DNA of 64,000 nucleotides from Mizuhopecten yessoensis (lineage: Eukaryota). The DNA is taken from assembly GCF_002113885.1 (NCBI RefSeq), contig NW_018407597.1, forward strand, positions 379,711 through 443,710, in the 5' to 3' direction. The translations under genes were made by a program, and so were the position numbers. The stretch's first letter is position 1, and every line of letters begins with the position of its first letter. The notes below the pieces were generated by a model, which was given only the letters and a program-made list of their open reading frames with translations, was not told the origin of the DNA and made no database searches. This document shows positions 38,041 to 52,465 of this stretch, in pieces.

Positions 38041-40997
38041 TTGGTTTATCCACCATGTTATTTATATCTCTGCAACTACTATCTATGTAAGTATCTCACA
38101 ATCTCTATATGAAACATAGGCTAAGAGTAAGATACAATGTAATTTACATTGAAGGAAAAGGAGCATACATACAGACCAATGTCTTATATTAATTTTTGAA
38201 AAGAAAATTTTCCTGGAATAGAATAAATTACAAATATATAAATATTTCATGTAATGATATACATTCAAGGGCAAGCAACCCCTATTTTTACATTGACTAA
38301 ATTATTTCAACAAAAATTAAATAAATATATATTCAAAGATACATGAATATATTTTAATCATATCAATAATGATTCTGTTTCTAATATGATGTGTTTTTCT
38401 CGTTTCAGATATCGCGCAATATCATGTTATGTTTGGTTCATCTGTGGAAATCCGTCTGTTCTTTGTTGTATTTAAATATTATTGTTGCTGCCGCTCATCG
38501 TTCATTAATAAAACATGTACAATAAACATTTGATTTTGAATTGATTTATGATACATACATATAGATTTTTGATATATGTTGTTTATTTCCAATTGTTTAC
38601 GTTGGACATTTTGCTATAATTGAGGGGAATACATATTACTTCCCGCAAAATTGAACACGACTTTACTTTGACTACAATACAGCTTCTAGTTTCCATGACA
38701 ATTTATATTCATATTTTATTTTTTATATATCATCGTTGACTTTAATGAGTGGTAATTAATTTGTATTGCTCTGAACTTTTCACAAAATGTCCAGTATAAA
38801 AAATGTGAATTCGAAATACCTATTATTGCTCACAAAGTGGAACAAGAGTTTATTTTCTAAAACACAGTTTTCCTTTTCATAAAAATAGATAAATTCATAT
38901 CGTTTTTTTCATAAATGCATCATCATTCAATTTTGTGTATAGTAATATGTATTTCACTGTAACGAAATGCGTACGTTTAAACGACGTATGCCAGTGAAAT
39001 GATGTCAAAAGTTCGAATCGGTTTCTGAAGCAGGAATGCGATATCAACAAACATCATTGTACTTGTTTTCACAACATTCACATTCCATGGAGTATAACTT
39101 TTATCCAGCGCTAGGTTTACTAAATTACTCTGTTTTACAAGTTCTCTCCAAATCAGAAACCATATGCGTTATATACGAACTGAAACATCACAAGAAAAGA
39201 AAAAGTTCCTATTCCGAAATCTTCTTGGAAATGAGAACATCCTGTCTACAACACTTTCAAGTAAAAGTGATGCTACCATGGCAGTAACCTAATTAGGGTA
39301 TTCAAGAGCTGTAGTGTAATTCACATGTTTGAAATAACATGTATGTCATATAAACATGGACATATATATAATCTTATTGTGTATTTATATTTAACAACAG
39401 ATGTTTTCCATTTTAAACACATCTTACGAAGCATTTTGCAGAATTACATAAATTCGGAAACGATAATACATACTATAAACAAGGACAGAAATTCCAATTG
39501 ATCGTACCTCGACTTATCCACTGCTGACCGTGCACGAATCAATTAAAACTGTTTCTATCAATGAATCGTTAATGCAGAAGTAAATTGATTAGATTATTTT
39601 GGATAATATAAGCAAAGCGTACAACATACTAAAACATCACAGTTCATTTGTGATATAGTAAGCTGAGCGGGAATTCGGTATTTTGGTTATCGATATACCT
39701 TAAAACCAAAAGCAGAGTGTGTTTAATATGCTGAAATGGCTGACACGATATCTGGAGTTTCATCAGGATCTACATTGCGTGCCCTGCTTTTTCATCGTTT
39801 ATTTCTATTTATTCATTCATTTAATAACAATAAGGAGATAATCTCAATCCATTTGCCAAAATTAATTTTTAGTTTATAAAAGTCAAATTTCCATCACGTA
39901 CATACAAAAACAAACTTTTGAAAAAAAACCACCCACGTACACCTCTGCTGGTCATGGATACAATAATAATAAATTATATTTCTTCTCATAAGCTTTTGAT
40001 TGGCGTATTAATATATAGCATGTCATATCAGTCGGTGCAGTCATAATAGAGTAAACAACGTGACATCATCGGAATGTATACATTTAACAATGTATTTATA
40101 CATTTCACCAATGTATCTTTTGCATGAATACACTAATGAGTTGTACAAAACTTGTATCCCCGGTACTTCTGTTTACTATCGAAAATAGCAATGGAAACCC
40201 CCGGATTGTTGACGTACACATATGTACACGGTGTATGTATTACTACGTACACGAGAGTGACCGTCGATATCGAGTGATAATGACAATGACCTCAACAAAG
40301 GTTATTGAGTCAATTACACTTGAAACTGTAAATATTGTATTTTATCGATAAACAAGTTGGAGCGCGTGAGCACAGCGTTATGAGGAGAGTATTGTATTTT
40401 TCATATATTATTTGACTTAATAATTAGTATATTGACTGATGATTCCTTAAAATGTAACAGCGAGCAAATATAACACATTATTTAGTTCCATGAGATATTA
40501 TTCATCCAATGAGGATGAAGGAAAATTTATTTCGTCTTACAATATACTTCATAGCAAAATTGACTTTCCTTCTAATGAGCCAGTATTAAAAACAAATGTA
40601 TGGTTATGTATTATAAAAAAAAGTAAAAAATGTATCATTCATTTTTAACAATAACAATTTTGTACCATCTACAGTAAAATTGATTGTAATATTCAACGTT
40701 TCTTTCACTCCACCAGTTTGTACTCCAGATAAATGATGACTAAACCTTTGTTCTGTGGCGGCTTCTTATTTTGCTCTTGATCTCTTGTGTTTATACTATG
40801 ATACCAAGTCCTTTATACACCTCTTTTAATTTGGTAACTTTTACTGCTTTAGATATAAAACAATTACATAGTTTGCTATCACACACAACGATATTAAGGA
40901 GATAATGTATATCAATGTTTATCACTTGTTATTTTATGAAATATTTCATTTATTTATTTATCATTTTTGTTTTTGTATAATTCATTAAATCAGTATG

Positions 40998-41240
40998 AAT
41001 GGTCGGCCGGCAGAGTGGTAGCGTATTCACCTTCCGCCTAAATGAATGGGCTTGATTCCCTGATCGGACGTGAAAAGGTACAGGGTCACCTGTCCGTCCA
41101 CTTGGGTGTCTCCGGGTATCCCGGTTTCCTCATACATTAAAATACCCTTGTGCGCTATATACTATACCACCAATGCCATAACGACTAATTAATTTAAGTT
41201 TCATAAATTTGTTTTATAATGTTGTTTATTAAGTAAAGTT
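40998..41240 (+). mobile_element. Degenerate V-like tRNA-SINE in unit 1 (paralogous copies at about 48635-48870 and 57617-57860)
   Basis: GATTCCCTGATCGGACGTGAAAAGGTACAGGGTCACCTG...CTCCGGGTATCCCGGTTTCCTC matches the 6935-7178 family. It inserted before the array amplified. Confidence 0.75.
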
Positions 41241-41722
41241 TGAATTAATAATTATCATACGTATGTGCCAGTGACAGGAAGTGTAAACAAAAAATATTTT
41301 TATTGATCATTTGGAATCGTTTTGATCTTGTCACAAAATAATACATTAGGTTTCCAATACATTATATAAAAATTATATAAAAACCCAGCATTTGAGTTTC
41401 AATAACATCATACAGTTGGTCTGACACATATTATCAAGAGATTTGTTAACGTATTTGAAATTCGTTTTTTAATTTGAAATTTTTCCGAAAATGTAAACAT
41501 ACATATGCTATTCTATTAACAATTATTAATATTTAATTGCCTATATTCACTATTCAAAGTTCTTCACGTATTACTGTTTGGAATTTAAACATCTTGAAAT
41601 TATTTCATGGAAAGATGCTACGTATAAGGAACAATGTTACTTTAAAGGCTAAACTAATTTAAATTACGTACATTCCTTGACCATATCGAAGTGGTGCTGT
41701 CAACGAAGTGGTACTGCTGTGA

Positions 41723-42582
41723 AGTAGAAGGAGACAGATATTGCAAGAAAAACAGGGAAACCAATAGGTTATATTCAATTCGCATATGTGAGTTATCAAT
41801 GTTTTAAAAATGAAATTTCTTTACCAAATTCTACACTCTAAATCATAAAAAGTTGAAAAGGGATGATGTAAATACGTGGAAAGAACTAACTATGTTTTCA
41901 ATTTTATCCATTTCCGGCGCAGTCGGTAACTCTTACTTTAGTATGAGGTTATTTGGAAGTGTACACTGTTGCTGCACATACTGTTGTGTTGCTCTTCGAA
42001 TACATTTCGGCCTATGGACCCGGTTTTTTTTGAATTTGAGTCTTTAATTTATTGTAAGCTATAAGTAACAGATTTTTGGGGGGAAATTCGAAAGTTTGCG
42101 CCTGTTAGGGGAATTTCTGAAACGTATTTGAAAACGCAAATATCCTTATTAGTAGAAGGAGACAGATATTGCAAGAAAAACAGGGAAACCAATAGGTTAT
42201 ATTCAATTCGCATATGTGAGTTATCAATGTTTTAAAAATGAAATTTCTTTACCAAATTCTACACTCTAAATCATAAAAAGTTGAAAAGGGATGATGTAAA
42301 TACGTGGAAAGAACTAACTATGTTTTCAATTTTATCCATTTCCGGCGCAGTCGGTAACTCTTACTTTAGTATGAGGTTATTTGGAAGTGTACACTGTTGC
42401 TGCACATACTGTTGTGTTGCTCTTCGAATACATTTCGGCCTATGGACCCGGTTTTTTTTTTTTGAATTTGAGTCTTTAATTTATTGTAAGCTATAAGTAA
42501 CAGATTTTTGGGGGGAAATTCGAAAGTTTGCGCCTGTTAGGGGAATTTCTAAAACGTATTTGAAAACGCAAATATCCTTATT
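41723..42582. repeat. 428-bp tandem duplication specific to unit 1
   Basis: 41723-42150 is repeated at 42151-42582. Single copy in units 2 and 3. Confidence 0.92.
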
Positions 42583-44040
42583 TATCGTAGATACAGCAAA
42601 TATACCATATCTAGACGTTTTGTAGAAATTAAACTGTTTAGCTATGCTTCGTCAGTTTTCACATTTCAAGACAATGTATGTATCAACGCAATGTCTGTAA
42701 CTTTGAAATTTGATGAGTTCAAATAACCACCTTCTTTTGGGAAATATCTGTGCTTGTCTTCTTCTGTGATTGAGGTTCTTTTTCCTAATACATTTGTACT
42801 ATATCTATCAACATTCAAAGAAATGGCTCCGAATTATACGCACATTGGACGTTTGAGTAATATTTCATAGCATTAACTAAACGGTGCTCGGAGATAGTGG
42901 AATACCCAGATCATTTACAAAGTATGTATAAACTACCTTTGAAAATAATTGTAGAATGTTGCAAACTGAAAACCTGTTTCCGATTCAAACCACTCTTGAC
43001 GAAAGTCTTATTTAAAATTGAAAACATAAGTCGAATTCCCAATATATTTCAAATTGAGAGAGAATATTTTGTTGTAATGACTACAAAGTGTCCAAAGGAA
43101 CATGTAATAATCACTTAAACATGTAATACCCGATATTTGAGAAAATGTGTCAACGTTTATGTTCCATTAAAAACTAAAACCGTACACCTAATGATATCGT
43201 TTTCATGGTAACTATTTTACAAATTTACATTTATACCCCTTATTATCAAATAAACAACTACCTGTTTTAGGATAACACTTGTTTGAATATGAAAATATAC
43301 ATTATTATTAATTACACAAGCGACATGTTTCAGGAAAAATAATACTTATAGTGAAATGAAAACAAACCTTATTTTTAAATATACAAGCTACCATTTTAAG
43401 GATTACAATGATTTTCTTAAAATTGAAAATATGCAAGTATCCCATTTTCGTTGTTTGCTACTCATCACTTCGAACAAAAAGATGATGCTATTTTGTTTTC
43501 GTTCATATCAACATTAATGCCAAAGATTTCATCGTAATTCAATTTAACATGTATGATCATTCCGAAATTTACAATAAATACAATGTAAACAAGCTTTAAA
43601 ACAAATTTTATCTAATCTTATTTAATATACCTTCAGTCGGACTTTGTGGTTAAATGTAACGTCTTGCAATTAATTAATTAATATAAAATACTACAAAACA
43701 ATTTATGTACCATTAACAAATTGATAAAAAAAGAACAGATTTATATGTGGAAAGGACTTGTAGTGACTTCTGTTGTTAAAAATGCTAGCCTGCAAATTGA
43801 TATATTGCGAAGGGAACTACACGAAATATGTTTCAACAGATATTTGTTTGAAAGAGATACAGTTTTACTTTTTAATCTGATTACGTATCAAAATAACACG
43901 GCAGCTTTCTGCTACGAGAGCTAACCTATTTCTCAACATATTACATGAAATGTAACATGTCCATAAGTTAACTAATAGCAAACGCCACTGCCAATACTCT
44001 TCCCGTTTCAACGAAACCCTTGATGGCTTACCTGTAGAAA

Positions 44041-44256
44041 GAATTGCACAAGGTTAGACACCCGTCTGGCGTGTTTACAGCATTGCATGCATCATGTCGG
44101 TTGGAGATAGTAAGGAATGTGCCGAAGGGCATCTAAAAAACGAAGTATAGCGGAAGCCGTTTCTTTTTCACATGGCATTGGAGGAATCGCTGAGTGTATA
44201 TAAGGGGTATATCCCAAGCCAATCGTCAGTATTTTACACCGTCAAGTGAGGTAAGT
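44041..44256 (+). promoter_or_regulatory. B2 promoter: TATA 44197, Inr A 44228, exon 1 44228-44250
   Basis: TATATAAG, TCAGT and GAG|GTAAGT. Confidence 0.75.
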
Positions 44257-44467
44257 ATACACAAAGCTTCACGATTTCTGAAAAGTTCTCCTCATATTTA
44301 CAAACCAATATGTGATATTATGTTTGTTTAGTTTATATTTGGAAATTACAATTTAGCCTTATATTTTTAACTTTGATATATATATTTCTATATTTTGAAG
44401 CAAATTCCTTTAATGCCTTTCGCTTGACAGTATGCTTTGTTTTCTGTGTTACAGATATTCCGCCAAT

Positions 44468-45269
44468 ATGAGAACCGCCTGTGTCACCCTTTTTGTTGTC
44501 GTCGTCGCCCTGGGCCTCAGCGCCTGTCTTGGGCAGGAGTGGGATGATGTTTACGATGACGATAACTACTATGGTGTTCCACAGTATTCGAGTGGCGGAT
44601 ATGCGACGAGTTACCCTCAGTATGGTGGAATGACGTACGGAAATGGATACGGACAGGGTTACGGACACGGAAAGGGATACGGAAAGGGATACGGAAAGGG
44701 CTACGGAAGGGTTGAGAGCACTGTTATCCGTGCCCCTTACGCAGCGCCTATGCCAATGTATATGCCACCCCCACCTGTAATGCCCGTGGGAGGATTCGGA
44801 GGATTCGGAGGAGACGATGGCATTTTCGGTCAAAACAACGGTTTGAGTAAGTAGTTGAAATGTCTGAAGCAGATGTTTCATACACTTTTCTTTAAGTCAA
44901 GTTATAGAAAAAAAATGTTTTGCATGTCTGCTGTATTTTTAAACTACTAAAATGTTTTAAATGATTTTTATACTTCATATATGATAGCAATAATTTATGG
45001 ACTTTTTGGTTTAGATTTATGATTACAAAATGTGAAATGGCTTGTTATGTGTAAGGAACTTTTAAACATTTCAACTTAAAATTAAAGTCTTAAATAATAT
45101 TCACGTATATCATTGATATCTATATATAAACCTAACAGGTTTATTAACACCTATTACACAGACTTTGTAAAATATGTATTTAATAAATTTCGTTTCGCAT
45201 TTTTCAGTCTTAATGCTTTTGCTTCTGCCATTACTGCTCAGCAACTCCAACGGAGGACTGCTCGGTTAA
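44468..45269 (+). CDS. B2: paralog (146 aa)
   Basis: Exons 44468-44846 and 45208-45269. 3'-UTR intron 45316-45636. Confidence 0.92.
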
Positions 45270-48200
45270 TTGGTTTATCCACCATGTTATTTATATCTCT
45301 GCAACTACTAGATATGTAAGTATCTCACATTCTCTATATGAAACATATGCTTAGAGTAAGATACAATGTAATTTACATTGAAGGAAAAGGAGCATACATA
45401 CAGACCAATGTCTTATATTAATCTTTGAAAAGAACATTTCCTGGAATAGAATAAATTACAAATATATAAATATTTCATGTAATGATATACATTCAAGTGC
45501 AAGCAACCCCTATTTTTACATTGACTAAATCATTTCAACAAAAATTAAATAAATAAATATTCAAAGATACATGAATATATTTTAATCATATCAATAATGA
45601 TTCTGTTTCTAATATGATGTGTTTTTCTCGTTTCAGATATCGCGCAATATCATGTTATGTTTGGTTCATCTGTGGAAATCCGACTGTTCATTGTTATATT
45701 TAAATATTATTGTTGATGCCGCTCATCGTTCATTAATAAAAACATGTACAATAAACATTTGATTTTGAATTAATTTATGATACATACATATAGATTTTTG
45801 ATATATGTTGTTTATTTCCAATTGTTTACGTTAAATATTTTGCTATAATTCAAGGGAATACATATTATTTCCGCAAAATTGAACACGATTTTAGTTTGAC
45901 TACAATACAGCTTCTAGTTTCCATGAAAATGTATCTTCACATTTTATTTTTTATATATCATCGTTCAGTTTTATGAGTGGTAATTACTATGTATTGCTCT
46001 GAATTTTTAACAAAATCTTCAGTATAAACAATGTGAATTCGAAATATATATTATTGCTCACAAAGTTGAACAATAGTTTATTTTCTAAAACACAGTTTTC
46101 CTTTTCATAAAAATAGATAAATTCATATCGGTTCTTTTCATAAATGCATCATTATTCATTTTTTTTTGTATAGTAATATGCATTTCACTGTAACGAAAAT
46201 GCGTACGATCAAACGACGTATGCCAGTGAAATGATGTCAAAAGTTCGAATCGGTTTCTGAAGCAGTAATGCGATATCAACAAACATCATAGTACTTGTTT
46301 TCACACCATTCACATTCCATGGAGTGTAACTTTTATCCAGCGCTAGGTTTACTAATTTACTCTGTTTTACAAGTTCTCTCCCAATCAGAAACCATATGCG
46401 TTATATACAAACTGAAACATCACAAGAAAAGAAAAAAATCCTATTCCGAAATATTCTTTGAAATGAAAACATTCTGTCTACAACACTTTTAAGTATAAGT
46501 GACCTAATTAGGGTATTCAAGAGCTGTAGTGTAATTAACATGTTTGAAATAACATGTATGTCATATAAACATGGACATATATATAATCTTGGTGTATATT
46601 TATGTTTAACAACAGATGTTTTCCATTTTAAACACATCTTACGAAGCATTTTGCAGAATTACATAAATTCGGAAACGATAATACATACTATAAACAAGGA
46701 CAGAAATTCCAATTGGTCGTACCTCGACTTATCCACTGCTGATCGTGCACTGATCAATTAAAACTGTTGCTATCAATGAATCGTTAATGCAGCAGTAAAC
46801 TAAAAAGAAAAAAACATTCTATATCACCAGGCAAAGTATCTTTCAACCAGATATTACAATTTCTCTTTGGAAAACAAAAAAATGGAAAGAAGAAGAAGTT
46901 AAACTGTTCCTCACGATTACAACTTGTACAGTAGTACCTTTACCTTAACCTATTATTAACTTAGTAACCTTGTGTCAGTAAATAGTAACTATTGGCCGAG
47001 GAATTGTGCTAATATGAACTATAAATTGTCAGCCATTCGTGATCAAACCCAATATTCATGTTATTCAACGCCATAGTCTCAGTAGCGCCTCCCAGTCCTT
47101 ATCTGTTGGCTTGCCAAATATCTTGTCTAACCTAGCGCTATTTGCCTGTTATAGTCATTTAATGCATTCCCTGTAGCTCGTCCCGCATATTACCTTAGAG
47201 ATAAGGGAGAGCCTTGATGTGGACACTAGTGTTATAGTTTGCAAGGCAGTGATTCTTTTCCGGTAATAAATAAATTAGATTATTTTGGGTAATATAAGCA
47301 AAGCGTACAACATACTAAAACATCACAGTTCATTTGTGATAAGAATAAGCTGAGCGGGAATTCGGTATTTTGGTTATCGATATACCTTAAAACCAAAAGC
47401 AGAGTGTGTTTAATATGCTGAATAGGCTGACACAGTATCTGAAGTTTCATCAGGATCTTCATTGCTTTTTCATCGTTTTATTTCTATTTATTCAACCATT
47501 TAATAACAATAAGGAGATAATTCAATCCATTTGTCAGAATTAATTTTCAGTTTATAAAAGTTAAATTTCCATCACGTACATACAAAAACAAACTCTTGAA
47601 AATAACAACACTCACGTACACCTCTGCTGGTCATGGATACAATAATAATAAAATATATTTCTTCTCATAAGCTTTTTCGGCGTATTAATATATAGCATGT
47701 CCTGTCAGTCGGTGCAGTCATCATAGAATAAACAACGTGACGTCATCGGAATGTATACATTTNATACACTAATGAGTTGTACAAAACTGGTATCCCCGGT
47801 ACTTCTGTTTACTATCGAAAATAGCAATGGAAACCCCCGGATTGTTGACGTACACATATGTACACGGTGTATGTATTACTACGTACACGAGAATGACCGT
47901 CGTTATCGAGTGATAATGACAATGACCTCAACAAAGGTTATTGAGTCAATTACACTTGAAACTGTAAATATTGTGTTTTATCGATAAACAAGATGGAGCG
48001 CGTGAGCACAGCGTCATTGGAAAGGATTTTTGTTTTCATATATTATTTGACTTAATAATTAGTATATTGACTGATGATTCCTTAAAATGTAACAGCGAGC
48101 CAACATAACACATTATTTAGTTCCATGATATATTATTCATCCAATGAGGATGAAGGGAAATTTATTTCGTCTTATAATATGCTTCATAGCAAAATTGACT

Positions 48201-51200
48201 ATCCTTCTAATGAGCCAATATTAAAAACAAATGTATGGTTATGTATTATAAAAAAAAGTAAAAAATGTATCATTCATTTTTAACAATAACAATTTTGTAC
48301 CATCTACAGTAAAATTGATTGTAATATTCAACGTTTCTTTCACTCCAACAGTTTGTACTCCAGATAAATGATGACTAAACCTTTGTTACGCGCCGGCTTC
48401 TTATTTTGCTCTTGATCTCCTGTCATTATACTATGATACCAAGTCCTTTATACACCTCTTTTAATTTGGTAACTTTTACTGTTTTAGATATAAAACAATT
48501 ACATAGTTTGCTATCACACACAACGATATTAAGGAGATAATGTATATCAATGCTTATCACTTGTTATTTTATGAAATATTTCATTTATTTATTTATCATT
48601 TTTGTTTTTGTATAATTCATTAAATTATTATGAATGGCCGGCATAGTGGTAGCGTACTCACCTTCCACCTAAATGAATGCGCTTGATTCCTTGATCGGAC
48701 GTGAAAAGGTACAGGGTCACCTGCCCGTCCACTTGGGTGTCTCCGGGTATCCCGGTTTCCTCATACATTAAAAAACCCTTGTGCGCTACATACTATACCA
48801 CCAATGCCATAATGACTAATTAATCTAAGTTTCATAAATTTGTTTTATAATGTTGTATATTAAGCAAAGTTTGATTTAATAATTATCATACTTATGTGCC
48901 AGTGACAGGAAGTGTAAACAAAAATTATTTTTATTGATCATTTGGAATCGTTTTGTTCTTGTCACAAAATAATACATCGGGTTTCCAATACATTATATCA
49001 AAATTATATAAAAACCCAGCATCTGAGTTTTAATAACATCATACAGCTTGACTGATACATGTTATCAAGAGATTTTTTAACGTATTTAAAATTCGTTTTT
49101 TAATTTGAAATTTTTCCGAAAATGTTAATATACATATGCTATTCTATTAATAAGTATTTATATCTAATTGCTTATATTCACTGTTCAAAGCTCTACACGT
49201 ATTCCTATTTAGAATTAAACGTCTTGAAATGATTTCATGGAAAGATGCTACGTATAGGAAACAATGTTACTTTAAAGGCTAAACTAATTTAAATTACATA
49301 CATTCCTTGACCATATCGAAGTGCTGCTGTCAACGAAGTGGTACTGCTGTGAAGTAGAAGGAGACAGATATTGCAAGAAAAACAGGGAAACCAATAGATT
49401 ATATTCAATGCGTATATGTGAGTTATCGATGTTTTAAAAATAAAATTTCTTTACCGAATTCTACACTCTAAATCATAAAAAGATGAAAAGGGATGATGTA
49501 AATACGTGGAAAGAACTAACTATGTTTTCAATTTTATCCATTTCCGGCGCAGTCGGTAACTCTTACTTTAGTATGAGGTTATTTGGAAGTGTACACTGTT
49601 GCTGCACATACTGTTGTGTTGCTCTTCGAATATATTTCGGCCTATGGACCCGGTTTTTTTTTGGAATTTGAGTGTTTAATTTATTGTAAGCTATAAGTAA
49701 CAGATTTTTTGGGGGAAATTCGAAAGTTTGCGCCTGTTAGGGGAATTGCTGAAACGTATTTGTAAACGCAAATATCCTTATTTATCGTAGATACAGCAAA
49801 TATACCATATCTAGACGTTTTGTAGAAATTAAACTGTTTAGCTATGCTTCGTCAGTTTTCACATTTCAAGACAATGTATGTATCAACGCAATGTCTGTAA
49901 CTTTGAAATTTGATGAGTTCAAATAACCACCTTCTTTTGGGAAATATCTGTGCTTGTCTTCTTCTGTGATTGAGGTTCTTTTTCCTAATACATTTGTACT
50001 ATATCTATCAACATTCAAAGAAATGGCTCCGAATTATACGCACATTGGACGTTTGAGTAATATTTCATAGCATTAACTAAACCGTGCTCGGAGATAGTGA
50101 AATACCCAGATCATTTACAAAGCATGTATAAACTACCTATAAAAATAATTGTAGAATGTTGCAAACTGAAAAACTGTTTCCGATTCAAACCACTCTTGAC
50201 CGAAGTCTTATTTAACATTGAAAACATAAGTCGAATTCCCAATATATTTCAAATTGAGAGAGAATATTTTGTTGTAATGACTACAAAGTGTCCAAAGGAA
50301 CATGTAATAATCACATAAACATGTAATACCCGATATCTGAGAAAATGTGTCAACGTTTATGTTCCATTAAAAACTAAAACGTACACCTAATGATATCGTT
50401 TTCATGGTAACTATTTTACAAATTTACATTTATACCCCTTATTATCAAATAAACAAACTACCTGTTTTAGGATAACACTTGTTGGTACATGAAAATATAC
50501 ATTATTATTAATTACACAAGCGACTTGTTTCAGGAAAATAATACTTATAGTGAAATGAAAACAAACCTTATTTTTAAATATACAAGCTACCATTTTAAGG
50601 ATTACAATGGTTTTCTTAAAATTGAAAATATGCAAGTATCCCATTTTCGTTGTTTGGTACTCATCACTTCGAACAAAAAGATAATGCTATATTGTTTTCG
50701 TTCATATCAACATTAATGCCAAAGATTTCAACGTAATTCAATTTAACATGTATGATCATTCAGAAATTTACAATTAATATAATGTAAACAAGCTTTCAAA
50801 CACATTTTATCTAATCTAATTTAATATACCTTCAGTCGGACTTTGTGGTTAAATGTAATGTCTTGCAATAAATTAATTAATATATAAAATACTACAAAAC
50901 AATTTATGTACCATTAACAAATTGATAAAAATGAACAGATTTACATGTGGAAAGACCTTGTAGTGACTTCTGTTGTTAAAAATGCTACCCTGCAAATTGA
51001 TATATTGCGAAGGGAACTACACGAAATATGTTTCAACAGATATTTGTTTGAAGGAGATACAGTTTTACTTTTTAATCTGATTACGTATCAAAATAACACG
51101 ACAGCTTACTGTTACGAGAGCTTACATATTTCTCAACATATTACATGAAATGTAACATGTCCATAAGTTAACTAATAGCAAACGCCAATGCCAATACTTT

Positions 51201-51240
51201 TCCCGTTTCAACGAAACCCTTGATGGCTTACCTGTACAAA

Positions 51241-51457
51241 GAATTGCACAAGGTTAGACACCCGTCTGGCCTGTTTACATCATTGCATGCATCATGTCGT
51301 CTCGGCGATAGTAAGGAATATGCCGAAGGGCATCTAAAAAACGAAGTATAGCGGAAGCCGTTTCTTTTTCACATGGCATTGGAGGAATCGCTGAGTATAT
51401 ATAAGGGGTATATCCCAAGTCAATCGTCAGTATTTTACACCGTTCACTGAGGTAAAT
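51241..51457 (+). promoter_or_regulatory. B3 promoter: TATA about 51398, Inr A 51429, exon 1 51429-51451
   Basis: Same layout as B2. Donor is GTAAAT. Confidence 0.72.
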
Positions 51458-51667
51458 AAACACAAAGCTACACGATTTCTGAAAAGTTCTCCTCATATTT
51501 ACAAACCAATATGTGATATTATATTTGTTTAGTTAAATTTGGAAATTACAATTTAGCCTTATATTTTTAACTTTGATATATATATTTCTATATTTTGAAG
51601 CGAATTCCTTTAATGCCTTTCGCTTGACAGTATGCTTTGTTTTCTGTGTTACAGATATTCCGCCAAT

Positions 51668-52465
51668 ATGAGAACCGCCTGTGTCACCCTTCTTGTTGTC
51701 GTCGTCGCCCTGGGCCTCAGCGCCTGTCTTGGGCAGGAGGGGGATGATGTTTACGATGACGATAACTACTATGGTGTTCCACAGTATTCGAGTGGCGGAT
51801 ATGCGTCGAGTTACCCTCAGTATGGTGGAATGACGTACGGACAGGGATACGGACACGGCAAGGGATACGGCAAGGGATACGGAAATGGATACGGAAAGGG
51901 CTACGGAAGGGTTGAGAGCACTGTTATCCGTGCCCCCTACGCAGCGCCTATGCCAATGTATATGCCACCCCCACCTGTAATGCCCGTGGGAGGATTCGGA
52001 GGATTCGGAGGAGACGATGGCATTTTCGGTCAAAACAACGGTTTGAGTAAGTAGTCGAAATTTCTGAAGCAGATGTTTTATACTTGATTCTTTAAATCAA
52101 TTTATAGAAAATAATGTTTTGCATGTCTGCTGTATTTTTAAACTCATAAAATGTTTTAAATGATTTTTATACTTCATATATGAAAGCAATAATTTATGAT
52201 TTTTTTTTTATTATGATTACAAAATGTGAAATGGCTTGTTATGTGTAAGGAACTTTTAAACATTTCAACTTAAAATTAAAGTCTTAAATAATATTCACTT
52301 ATATCATTGATATATATATATATAAACCTAACAGGTTTATTAACACCTATTACACAGACTTTGTAAAATATGTATTTAATAAATTTCGTTTCGCATTTTT
52401 CAGTCTTAATGCTTTTGCTTCTGCCATTACTGCTCAGCAACTCCAACGGAGGACTGCTCGGTTAA
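51668..52465 (+). CDS. B3: paralog (146 aa)
   Basis: Exons 51668-52046 and 52404-52465. 3'-UTR intron 52512-52833. W-to-G change near the mature N-terminus (QEGDD). Confidence 0.92.

Noticed and set aside
41853-42496. Recurrent short ORFs (MKRDDVNT..., ...TLMSCTK..., MISIYKPN...) as a small gene family
   Set aside because: They recur only because the whole unit is duplicated. They often lack ATG starts and are frameshifted between copies.
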